38,329 bases of DNA from a virus. Shown here piece by piece: positions 6,773 through 16,500 of the stretch. The notes under the pieces are model-generated. The model did no database searches, was not told the origin of the DNA, and saw only the letters and a list, made by a program, of their open reading frames with translations. The stretch is from UHGV virus genome UHGV-1488451. One strand, 5' to 3'. Position 1 is the stretch's first letter; every line of letters begins with the position of its first letter. The position numbers and the translations under genes were made by a program.

Positions 6773-9700
6773 CTACCCGTATTCGATGGGGAGGATGTAG
6801 TTTCCTTCACGACGCACCCATGCGATGGTTTCGCGCAGTACATCGGGGTCCGGTGCGTTGTCCCACGGGTTGTTCCATTCGGATTCACTACCCAGCTCAC
6901 CGGTGAATGTGTCAGTGGTGAGCCAGATTTGCCCAACGTTCGATACGCTGGCACGCTTGAGTACTTGTTTGGCCTGCTCAACATCGTTTACGTTGTGTAC
7001 CGCGTGCCAGAACCTCAGCGGGTTATGCCCTCTGTAGTGCCCAGGACAAATAGTCTCGTCGTCAATGTAGCGTTGCGCGGATTGTTCGAAAGCCATGAGC
7101 GTATCCGCCGCACCCAGCATGCCCTCAACAGTGTTGCCGCCCGGGTTCGCTGTGATGTAGAAGGCGCTTCCGTACTTTTTGCGGAGTTCCTGGTACAGCG
7201 TTACATAGCCTTGCACTTTGTTTGCCTGGTCGCCCCAGCCATTGACAGCCTCATCAAGGAACACACCGTGAATACGGTGACGCCCGTACCAGTCTATGAA
7301 CTGGTCGATCTCCTTGATGATCTCGGAGTGGCTGCGACCGCCCCACTGGGTGAGCACGTAGGCGATGTTGACCATGCCGAGCGCCGCAGTGGTGGTTAGC
7401 GTCAACTCGTAGTCGTTCTCTTTCTTCGTGCCCACACCACTATGAGGGTTGGCGATGAACGGCCCTGCGATCTGCGGATTGTGAAGGTAGTTGGCGGTGA
7501 CGTCGCGCGCGTGCTCAACCGCCTCCCAATATTTAGGCCAAGAATAGGTGACCGGCGCAAGCCTGCGTGCCCCACGCGTCCACAACTGGAATGGGTGAAT
7601 ATGCAAACCAGGGGTAGGCCCCTCGCGGGTTTCCAACGCTTTCAACAAAGGCGAAGCCTCACTAGCCGCCGGAGCAGGCGCGGGCGCGGGAGGAAGTTTC
7701 TTCAACCGCTCATCAACAACCTCACCAGCCAAAACCCGAACACGCTCCTCATCAGGCTTATCAAGAAGCTTCTTCCACTCCTCAATCGTGATGATCATAT
7801 CCGGGCGCGCCGGGTTGAAATTCCCATTGAAGATGAAATCCTTCTTCACAGTGCCTTCCTGGGCGTTGTTACCAATGATGGTGTTGCCGCCAACCTGCTC
7901 CTTCTTCGTTCCCTTGCGCAACACAATCTTCACCATGTGCGCGCAGTCAGCCTTGGGGTTGTCCTGCGCGTAGCTGTTGCCAATGACGGTGCAGCCGATG
8001 GGGTCTTCCAGTGCGACGGCCGCCCAGTCTTTAGGGCCGTCTGCGGGTGGGCGTAGTTGGTTTTCAAGGCCCACGTTCCAGATGTCGTTGCCTTGGATTT
8101 TTGTGCCGTGCCCGGAGCAGGCGATGCCGTGGTTCCAGGTTTCGCCGATGGTGTTGGCCATGACCACGCTGTACCCGCCCACGCTGATTCCGTTGTCCTT
8201 GGACACGGGGAGCATGTTGCCGGTGATGTTCGTGCGGTAGCACTTGATGGTGAAGCCGATAGGCTCGAAAGCGATTGACTGGTTCTCGGCCATGACCACA
8301 CTGTTCCCAGACACGAGGGTGTCTTTCGGTGCGCCCTGAATCAATGTCTCAGGCCGCAAAGCCGGGTCGGTAGTATCACGCCCACCAATGCCCATGCCGC
8401 AGGATGCGCGGCGAATCTGGTTGCCAATGATCTGGTTGCGGTTCGACTCGTCTTTGATCATGATGCCGAACCCGGATGCACCCTCCTGCGCCGTGTTCTG
8501 CTTCAAACCGCTACCATCAGTCCAGCAGTTCAGAACCAGGGAATCGTTCGTTCCGTTGCCGGTTGGCTTCTCTTTCCGCACAAACCCCTGCAAAAGGAAC
8601 GCATTTGCGCCGGAGTTCATGACCCCGATCTGAACCATCTTCACGTAATCAGCGTTCGTGATCTGCAGCGCCGTGGCAGGCCGCTCACCCGTCACCCAGT
8701 CCATGTCGATAACAAACCCGGACATGTAGCCGCGCCGCAGATTGCCGCCACTGGTTGACTGCATGGCGTTCTTCCCGACGCCGCGTTTCATCTTCAACAC
8801 CGTGGCGTCACCCTGCCCCATCATGACCTTGCCGGAAAGCTTGTCGAGGTTAATCGTGTTCGACAACCCCCACTCACCAGCAGGCAACTGGATTACCTTC
8901 TTCGACGCGTCGTTAATGGCTGCCTGCAAAGCAGTGGTGATGTCAGTGCCCTCGGCTGGTTTGACGTTGATGACACCAGCATCACCTGCGGCTGTGACGA
9001 TTTCCTTGATCTGGGTTTCCACCAGCTTCGTAACAGCCTTGTTGACTTCCTCGGAGATCTTGTTTCCAACTGCCTGCTGGATAGCCTCAGGTGTGGGGGC
9101 CGCGCCACCGCCGCCTTGCGGGTGTTGCCGGAAGTATTCTTCCACGGCCTTGCCGATTTTCTCCGGGTCAACGCCTTCGCCTGCGGGGAGCTTCCCGATT
9201 TGCCTAGTGATCTCGTCACGCACCAGGCCGCTGAGGTCGTTCATTGCCTGCTGCACAGCGTCCTGGGAGGCTGCGCTTGCGGCTTGTTTCGCCTGGTTGA
9301 CGGCTTCGCGTGCTTCGTCTCGTGCGGCGATGGTGTCTTTCTTCACCTGCTCAACCGTGCTTGCCGCCTGCTGTGCTTGGGTGACGGCTTCTTCGGCTTT
9401 GCGTTTGCTTTCCGACGCGGCGGTGGCTGCCTGCTGCGCTTCACCCACGACAGCGGGCGGGTACTCTGTTTGCGCGCCGATCAGGTTGGCTAGGTTCGCC
9501 TCACCTGATTCAGGCAGTGTCACAGTCCACGAGGTTCCATGCACAGTGCCGCCTTCAAGCGTCACTGTGACAGGCCCGGGGAACATGTCAGGGCTGCGGA
9601 AAACCCCACCGGTGCCTTCCATGTGGATTCGCCGCAGTTCCCGCGTGACCACCGTTCCACCCTCGACACGTTCACCCGATGACTGCAGCACCACATAGCA

Positions 9701-9781
9701 GTCAGGGCCGTCAAAAGGTTGCTTGGTGATGCTCTTCAAATCACCAGTCAAAATAGTCATTAGCACCTTCCTAAAGCGCAT
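6773..9781 (-). CDS. Tail fiber/tailspike protein: coiled-coil stalk, beta-helix (pectate-lyase-like) domain, Pro/Ala linker, C-terminal putative glycoside-hydrolase-like domain
   Basis: 1002 aa; A/Q/E-rich stalk, G/N/S/T-rich beta-helix-like repeats, PPAPAPAPAA linker; likely true start ATG at 9760 after AGGAAGG. Confidence 0.7.
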   Translation of the reverse strand: MRFRKVLMTILTGDLKSITKQPFDGPDCYVVLQSSGERVEGGTVVTRELRRIHMEGTGGVFRSPDMFPGPVTVTLEGGTVHGTSWTVTLPESGEANLANLIGAQTEYPPAVVGEAQQAATAASESKRKAEEAVTQAQQAASTVEQVKKDTIAARDEAREAVNQAKQAASAASQDAVQQAMNDLSGLVRDEITRQIGKLPAGEGVDPEKIGKAVEEYFRQHPQGGGGAAPTPEAIQQAVGNKISEEVNKAVTKLVETQIKEIVTAAGDAGVINVKPAEGTDITTALQAAINDASKKVIQLPAGEWGLSNTINLDKLSGKVMMGQGDATVLKMKRGVGKNAMQSTSGGNLRRGYMSGFVIDMDWVTGERPATALQITNADYVKMVQIGVMNSGANAFLLQGFVRKEKPTGNGTNDSLVLNCWTDGSGLKQNTAQEGASGFGIMIKDESNRNQIIGNQIRRASCGMGIGGRDTTDPALRPETLIQGAPKDTLVSGNSVVMAENQSIAFEPIGFTIKCYRTNITGNMLPVSKDNGISVGGYSVVMANTIGETWNHGIACSGHGTKIQGNDIWNVGLENQLRPPADGPKDWAAVALEDPIGCTVIGNSYAQDNPKADCAHMVKIVLRKGTKKEQVGGNTIIGNNAQEGTVKKDFIFNGNFNPARPDMIITIEEWKKLLDKPDEERVRVLAGEVVDERLKKLPPAPAPAPAASEASPLLKALETREGPTPGLHIHPFQLWTRGARRLAPVTYSWPKYWEAVEHARDVTANYLHNPQIAGPFIANPHSGVGTKKENDYELTLTTTAALGMVNIAYVLTQWGGRSHSEIIKEIDQFIDWYGRHRIHGVFLDEAVNGWGDQANKVQGYVTLYQELRKKYGSAFYITANPGGNTVEGMLGAADTLMAFEQSAQRYIDDETICPGHYRGHNPLRFWHAVHNVNDVEQAKQVLKRASVSNVGQIWLTTDTFTGELGSESEWNNPWDNAPDPDVLRETIAWVRREGNYILPIEYG

Positions 9782-9788
9782 AAAAACA

Positions 9789-9816
9789 AGGCACCCAACT
9801 TGATTAGTGAGTGCCT
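9789..9816 (-). terminator. Hairpin (AGGCAC / GTGCCT) followed by T-tract on minus strand, upstream of tail fiber gene
   Basis: Seen directly; long loop, so weak or partial terminator. Confidence 0.3.
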
Positions 9817-9842
9817 AAAATAATGAGTAGAAACAATGCGGG

Positions 9843-10568
9843 CTAGCGCGTACGCCCCGTAGCCGTTCCTTTGCCGCCGTCAATCTCCCTATTCAGGTGC
9901 CACACCATCAAGTGGTTTCTGTCAGCACCACCGTAGAACTCACGAGACAAAGATATATTGTGCGTGATAACTACCTGTACCGTGTAGCCAACATCAGGCA
10001 CAGCCACCACGGTGGACAAGATGGAATGGTCCTTCTCACGCGACGTGATGTAGCCACGCTTGACGTGCCACATTTCGCCGGTGCGAGTTTTCACTTCGAT
10101 CTGCCATTCCACCACATGGGAAGATGCGATAGCGATAAGGCCAGACACGCTAATCATGGCATCGATACGCCACACGCCTTTATCCATGAGTCGGATAGCA
10201 TGGGGAATGCGCTCAAACTCGACGCCGCGCGAACCCACAAGCATTTCGTCAAAAGGAAAAACACCATGAATACTCTTCTCCCCGCTGGACATGAACAGCG
10301 TGCCGGTCTCCTCCAGAGGGGATTTGAGTTCTTCGATGCGGCTTTGCAGCGCAGCCTGTCCATCGCGGTAGACTTGCGAAGCGCTAACAATTGGCTTGAA
10401 AATCGCCCCGCCGATGCCGCGTAGGGCGTCGCCGATGCCTTTGATGAGGCCGTTAAAACCCTGGGCTAGCAGGTTGCCCATGTCGCCGCCTGCGTGTTCC
10501 AGGGCTTTGCCCATTGTTTGTGGGGAGCCGTCCCATTTGGGTTGGTACTTGTCTGGCGAAATGCCCAT
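9843..10568 (-). CDS. Minor tail protein (hypothetical)
   Basis: 241-aa ORF in tail module between tape measure and tail fiber. Confidence 0.5.
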   Translation of the reverse strand: MGISPDKYQPKWDGSPQTMGKALEHAGGDMGNLLAQGFNGLIKGIGDALRGIGGAIFKPIVSASQVYRDGQAALQSRIEELKSPLEETGTLFMSSGEKSIHGVFPFDEMLVGSRGVEFERIPHAIRLMDKGVWRIDAMISVSGLIAIASSHVVEWQIEVKTRTGEMWHVKRGYITSREKDHSILSTVVAVPDVGYTVQVVITHNISLSREFYGGADRNHLMVWHLNREIDGGKGTATGRTR

Positions 10569-10570
10569 GA

Positions 10571-11146
10571 CTATTCCTCGCTACCCTTTTCGTCACTGTT
10601 ATTTTTTTGCAGTTCCGCCAACAACAAAGCCCGCTGCTTCGCCGTCAACTTCGACACATCAATCGGAGCCGCAGCATCCTCCACAACCTGCACGGCACCT
10701 TGCCGCTCCTCCAAAGCACCAATCCAACGCCCATCCTCATTCGGGGAACCAACACCACCCAAAGCATCAAACTTGATCTGCGGCCCAACATGCACAGTCC
10801 ACGACCAAACCCCCTCAGGCAAAGTGCCCTTCATCAACCCAGTACGCGGGTCAAGCGACAACCCCGGAGGCAACACCGGACACCACACCGCAGCCAACGA
10901 ACCACCAGGAACCAACTCATCAACCTCACGCGAATCATCCCACCCACGCGAATACTCCACCGTAGTTGGCTCCTGATCATGCAACTTCACCCCCACAAGA
11001 TCAAACAAAAACCTGCACAAATCATTAATCAGATCAATGTCCATGTTGAACCCCAGGGGCTTAATCAACAAAGGCGCATACGGGTGCATGCCCTCAGGCA
11101 CCGGATAAGGCCACATGAAATCCAACTGCTTATTACCAGTAGACAC
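10571..11146 (-). CDS. Minor tail protein (hypothetical)
   Basis: 191-aa ORF in tail module, tightly packed with neighbours. Confidence 0.45.
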   Translation of the reverse strand: MSTGNKQLDFMWPYPVPEGMHPYAPLLIKPLGFNMDIDLINDLCRFLFDLVGVKLHDQEPTTVEYSRGWDDSREVDELVPGGSLAAVWCPVLPPGLSLDPRTGLMKGTLPEGVWSWTVHVGPQIKFDALGGVGSPNEDGRWIGALEERQGAVQVVEDAAAPIDVSKLTAKQRALLLAELQKNNSDEKGSEE

Positions 11147-11158
11147 AACAAAACCCTT

Positions 11159-12757
11159 CTAAGGAATCAAAGTCTTAATACGATCAGTCGCCGCCGCCAA
11201 AGTCTTCAACGACCGCTCCAACGACCGTGCCGAAGACTCACGCAAACGCGGGTCACCCAACCCAATATCAACATCATCACCACCACGACCAGGCTTAATC
11301 GTCACCGACTGAACAAACGTCGCAAAGTTCACACCACGCGAACGAAACACCGCTTGATCACCCACACGATAATCACGCCCAAACAAATACGGGGAACCGT
11401 CACCAGCCTCAAAAGCCACCGACACTTTCCCCTGCGTCTCCTGCAAAGCGGTAAACGCTTGCTGCAGCGTCGACAAGCTGAAACCCTCACCAGGCTTCAC
11501 CAAACCCCGGTACCGGTATTTACCTAGCGCGTCCTCACGTGACCACGCCCGGAACTCCGACCAAGCGAACAGTTTGTCCTTCAAAGCGTTAGCTTGCAAC
11601 GTGCCCAGGAACGCGCCACCAGCAGCAGACAACGCGGCAAACGGGGGGAACAACGCCCCAATCGCCGCGCCGATACCCTGCCACAACGCCTGCGAACCAG
11701 CCGCAATGAGACTGTTCACAATCTGCGGGGACTTGCCCCCCACGATCACGGCACTATCAGTGGCCTTGCGTAGAACAACCTTCGACGACACGCCCCGCAT
11801 GTGGTCACCATCCCACACGCACCAGGCTTTAGGGTTGTCACCATTGAATGCGGTGTCGTCGATAACAATGGCCTTTGACACATTGTCACCAGCGATTTTC
11901 TCCTTCACGCCCCTGATGACGTCGCCAACCCCGCCGGTGGACGACGCAAAGTTCCTGGCCTTCACGTCAATCACAATGGTGGGGTTCTTTAACGTGGCAT
12001 GGTTCCTGAACGGCTGCGGGTCACCGGGTAGCCAGAGTTCAGCGACCAGTTGCAGCCCGGCCGCATCCAACGTTGCTTTGAACATGTCCCCAGCAATATT
12101 GAATCGACTGTCAAGCACAGTCCATTCGGTGTTTTCCGACTCGTGCACAGGGTTCACAATCAACGGCCACCACTCAGGCCGCAGGTCACGCCATGTTGAC
12201 GCTGACCATACATCCCAGTTCTTCAGCAACTGCGGCTGAAAATCCTTAGCCAGGTTGCGGAACAGGTAGTTTTTGATAACCCTGAGCGAATCACCAGCCT
12301 GCACATCCGACCATTTCAGCTGAGCCACAATCGGCGCGCCTGGTGATGCCCACAACGGCAAGTGATTAAACAGCTCCCACAAGCCTTCACCATGCACTGT
12401 GAACACGTCACCGTCAGAATCTGAGTTGATCTCCACCTCAACGACACGGTATGCGAAACGATAGTGCTTCGTTTCAACAACCACCCAAAGGGATTCATTC
12501 AACACACGGTTCAGGTCAGGGGTGTTGGTGTCCTCATCCGCGAACATCAACGTCCGCACCGCCGGGTGAGTGCCAGGCAAATCAATCTGCATCTTGCCCG
12601 GCGCGTTGCACTCGTCGCCAAACTGCGTGCCCTCGAGAAACCCAGACAGCGACACCAAAGGCTCCATGTTCTTATCGAACAGCCACACAGTGCGGCCACC
12701 GGAATCATGCACGCTTTTCTGCGACTTGCCCCAAAGCTCCCATGCGAAAGCCACCAA
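11159..12757 (-). CDS. Minor tail protein, tail-tip (Tal-like) candidate
   Basis: 532 aa; second gene after tape measure, the position typical of tail-tip proteins in siphoviruses. Confidence 0.55.
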   Translation of the reverse strand: MVAFAWELWGKSQKSVHDSGGRTVWLFDKNMEPLVSLSGFLEGTQFGDECNAPGKMQIDLPGTHPAVRTLMFADEDTNTPDLNRVLNESLWVVVETKHYRFAYRVVEVEINSDSDGDVFTVHGEGLWELFNHLPLWASPGAPIVAQLKWSDVQAGDSLRVIKNYLFRNLAKDFQPQLLKNWDVWSASTWRDLRPEWWPLIVNPVHESENTEWTVLDSRFNIAGDMFKATLDAAGLQLVAELWLPGDPQPFRNHATLKNPTIVIDVKARNFASSTGGVGDVIRGVKEKIAGDNVSKAIVIDDTAFNGDNPKAWCVWDGDHMRGVSSKVVLRKATDSAVIVGGKSPQIVNSLIAAGSQALWQGIGAAIGALFPPFAALSAAGGAFLGTLQANALKDKLFAWSEFRAWSREDALGKYRYRGLVKPGEGFSLSTLQQAFTALQETQGKVSVAFEAGDGSPYLFGRDYRVGDQAVFRSRGVNFATFVQSVTIKPGRGGDDVDIGLGDPRLRESSARSLERSLKTLAAATDRIKTLIP

Positions 12758-12758
12758 A

Positions 12759-13550
12759 TCACCTCCACATCGACGTGAACAATGGGGTCACCATGCCGGT
12801 AGCCCCACCACCAAAAACCCACGTGGCCCTACCACCAGGGGGGATAGGCTGCGGAAACACACGCCCCCGCAACCTACGCCACAAATCCGGGGCGGGCTCA
12901 CCACCAACCGTGATCATTGAGGCTTTAGCCGGGTCAGTGTCCAACACCGCCACCCTGTTACCAGTGTGGGGCAATTCCACCTGCCCCACACCAGGGGCGG
13001 TCACCGTTGTAACCCCGTTGCCCTGCCACCTGACGCGCGGCCACAAAGGCAAATCACCAGGGTTATGAATCACAACCTCCCCAGTGTGGCGGGTAGTTTC
13101 ACCACGCCAACACCCCTCATAGCAGACAACAGGCACATCAACCGTGAACGACCGCAAACCCAACGTGGCGGGAGAAACCCCAGGGTCAGGCACACGGTCT
13201 TTCACCAACAACCTGCACGACAATGCTGTCTTACCGGGCACAACAACCCGCAAAACAGACTCATCAAACGGAGTCACATTCCGCACAAACAACCGCCACG
13301 ACTCCGCAAGCGGAGCATCCTCAGCATGGAAACCCAGTTTCAGGGTGCCCTCCATCTTGTCGATGCTCCACCCAATCGGCGTGGCACCCACCTGTGTTGT
13401 CGTTGCCCTGGTCTTCACGTCAACCTTCGCAGACAATTCAGGTGGCCCCATCAACCACATGCCCCTACGGCCATGCGCATACCGGGTGAGTGCCCACGTC
13501 ACCCCCGCACTATCGTCAAGTGAAACGTTGTACAGGGATTCCATGAACAC
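12759..13550 (-). CDS. Minor tail protein, distal tail (Dit-like) candidate
   Basis: 263 aa; immediately downstream of tape measure. Confidence 0.55.
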   Translation of the reverse strand: MFMESLYNVSLDDSAGVTWALTRYAHGRRGMWLMGPPELSAKVDVKTRATTTQVGATPIGWSIDKMEGTLKLGFHAEDAPLAESWRLFVRNVTPFDESVLRVVVPGKTALSCRLLVKDRVPDPGVSPATLGLRSFTVDVPVVCYEGCWRGETTRHTGEVVIHNPGDLPLWPRVRWQGNGVTTVTAPGVGQVELPHTGNRVAVLDTDPAKASMITVGGEPAPDLWRRLRGRVFPQPIPPGGRATWVFGGGATGMVTPLFTSMWR

Positions 13551-13560
13551 TCACTCCTTG

Positions 13561-16500
13561 CTATGTGAGAACAGTGGGCGCGCCACCAACATGACGCTCA
13601 CCCTTGATCTTTTTCAGGTCTTTGGTGTTCACCTCGACCTTGCCCTCCACAGCCTCCACACGCTGCCGCAGGACTTCCTCACCATCCACGTTCACCACCA
13701 GGGTTAGCTGACCACCATCGCCCTTATCGGCGATTTGTTTCAGCACACCCCACTGGTCGTTAGTGAGAATCGCTTCCGGCTTGCCGGACAGGTTCACCGC
13801 CGCACCCTCATGAGGCAGCACACCGCCCTGGTCATACAGGCGTGTACCACCACGGGCACGCTGACCAGCCCAACCAGCGAGGTTCACCAACCCGTGTGCC
13901 GCGTCGATGTCCTCCATCAGGCTAGCCAAACCACCAAACCCATCATCACCACCATTAAAAGCGGCACCGAGTTCACCCCACGCGGCACCAGCATCAGCGG
14001 CCTTGTTGACAAGGAACTTGGCGCGCTCCTCACCAACAACACCAGCTGTTGCGCCGTACCCGTAGTCGCCACCGTTGAAGGCGGTCGTGAACTCCTCGGC
14101 CACGTTCGCGGCCAGGCTGTTGCGCACCATGCGGCCGAAATTACCGGTGGCGTTCACCAGTGTTTTCGCGTGCGTGTCGCCGATCAGCTGGCCGAGCCCG
14201 CCGAAGCCGTCATCACCGCCGTGGAACGCTGTTGTGAGTTCTTCACGTGCAGCATCCACGGGGTTGATCTGCGGCCCTGTTGGGTTAATGTCCTGCGGGT
14301 TTTCCGGTTTTGCGTCGGCAACTGCGGCTGCGGCACCATCAACCCCGGAAGCAGCGGTGTTAGAATCGCCTGCCTGTTTGGCCTGCTCTTCTTCCTTCTT
14401 CTTCTGGTCGCGGGTGAACCAATCCGGTACAGGCGCAAGCTTGTCCGGTGGGGTTGTGGCCAGCTTCTTGATCAGGCCGTTTCCGCCGCCGATGAACTCG
14501 AAGAACGCGTCTTGTGCAAGTGCGTCCGGGGACTTGTTGCCAAGGGTTTTCCAGAACACTTCGTTGGCGATGCCAGCGCCGTAGGCCCCGGCGTCTTGCC
14601 AGCGTTTTACTTCGTTCTGGGCGTTGACGATTCCTTGGTGTGCGGCTAGTGCCGCGACTACTGCGGGGTGGTCTTCTTCGAGGTGGGTTGCGTCTGCGCC
14701 GAGGTATTCGCCGGTGTTGATGACGTGCATGAGTGCGTCTGCGGCTTGTTTCCAGGCTGCGGGGCCTTTGTTGCCGAGTTCGACGAGGGCTGGGATTGCG
14801 TTTCGGAGGTCTCCGAAGTTGCGTTCCAGCATGTCCCACTGTTCAGCGGTTAGGACAGCCTCTGGCTTTCCTGTGTGGTTCCAGTAGGTGCCGAACCCTC
14901 CTGGGGTGGGTTTGAGCCAGCCGCCGGAATCGTAGCCATGTCCATGACCCCACATTGTGGTCAAATCAGTGCCGTACCTGCTCTTGTAGTAGCGGAGCGC
15001 GGCGTTCATATTGGCCCACGGGTCACGCCTATCGTTCGGCAATTCGGGGTCACGGTTGGCTGCGAATGTGCCGGGGATGATCTGCAGCAAGCCAACGCCC
15101 GCACTGTCGCCAGTTCCGTTGACGTCGACAATCTGCTGTGCAATACCCGGGTTGCCACCAGACTCAGACTGAATCTGGGCCAGCATGGCGTTGACCTGCG
15201 CCGGGTCATCAGCATTAAAGCCTTGACGACGCATCGCGGCCATTGCCATTTCGCGCCACGACTCGGCATTACCAGCCACACCAGCGGCACCGGAGAAGGT
15301 GCCCACCTTCGACTTGATAAAGTCCCAAGCCTTGTCAGCGAGGGTTTTAGCGATAGCTCCGGGGAGCTTGCCGAAGTCGCCGTGCTGCTCCTTGCCTGGG
15401 AAGTCGCCGATCTTATTGATCGCCGCGTCCCACAGGCCCTTGACCATTGCTCCGAGGTTGAAGCCGCCACCGCCACCAGCGCCACCTGAAATGAACTCCC
15501 CAAGGAACTCCTTCAAAGTGTAGGTGTGGTTGAACAGGCTGTTATCGGAGCCACGTGCCGCACCGCCGATCTGCACGCCGTGATCGCCCGCCGATTCCAA
15601 GTTAACCCCGTCGATAGTGCCCGCCATGTGGCCGTTCTCGCCGCCGCCTTTGCCGGACAGCACGCCAATGGTCACGCGGCCAGACAAGCCGGGGACGAAC
15701 CCGAAGTTACCAAAGTTACTTTCGGTGTTGAAGATACGTCCTGCGCGCAGCGAACCGCCGTTCAGGAACTGCGTAATGCCTGACCACAGGCCCGAGCAAT
15801 CCCAGCTGGGGTTGCCGGTGCCCCCATACTGATAGGGCTTGCCGTGCTCAGATTTGAGTTCATTGAACAAGGCCGCAATGCGCTCAGTCAGGTGATCGCG
15901 CTGATCAGTGCCGCCATTAGGGAACACGCCGCCCTTAGCGAACGCAAGGGCACGGTACACGCCGCCGCGCGCGAACGCGGCACCCTCACCCAGCATCTTC
16001 TTGACGCGGCTCACGCCACCACCAATGGCGGCTTTGTTCAGCGCATCAACAGCAGGCTTACCGCCCATAGCCTTAGTGACCTCTGGGCGCATGATCGCCT
16101 CACCGCCGGACAAGCCAAGCAGCCCGCCAGTGGGGCTGTAGAAATGGTGAATATCCTTACCAGGACTGTAACCAGGCAGGACACCACCGGTTGCGAAATG
16201 ATGCTCTGGGAGTTCACCAAGGCCAACCAGCTTGGCCACCGTGTTCCAGGCTTTCCTGATGCCACCGTTGTAGACCGTGTTGACCACGAACTCAACAGGT
16301 TTTTTCGTCTTGTCCTTGATGCCGTCCCAGATGCGGCCGATATTATCGACGGTCTGACTGAACCAGTCTTTGACTTTCGTCAACCCGTCTTTCAGCCCGT
16401 TGAACACCGGGTGCACCACATTATCAGCAACCCAGCGTATGCCGTTGCCGAGGGCTTCCCACGTTGGTTTGATGTAGCCGTTCCAGATGCTGGAGAAGAA

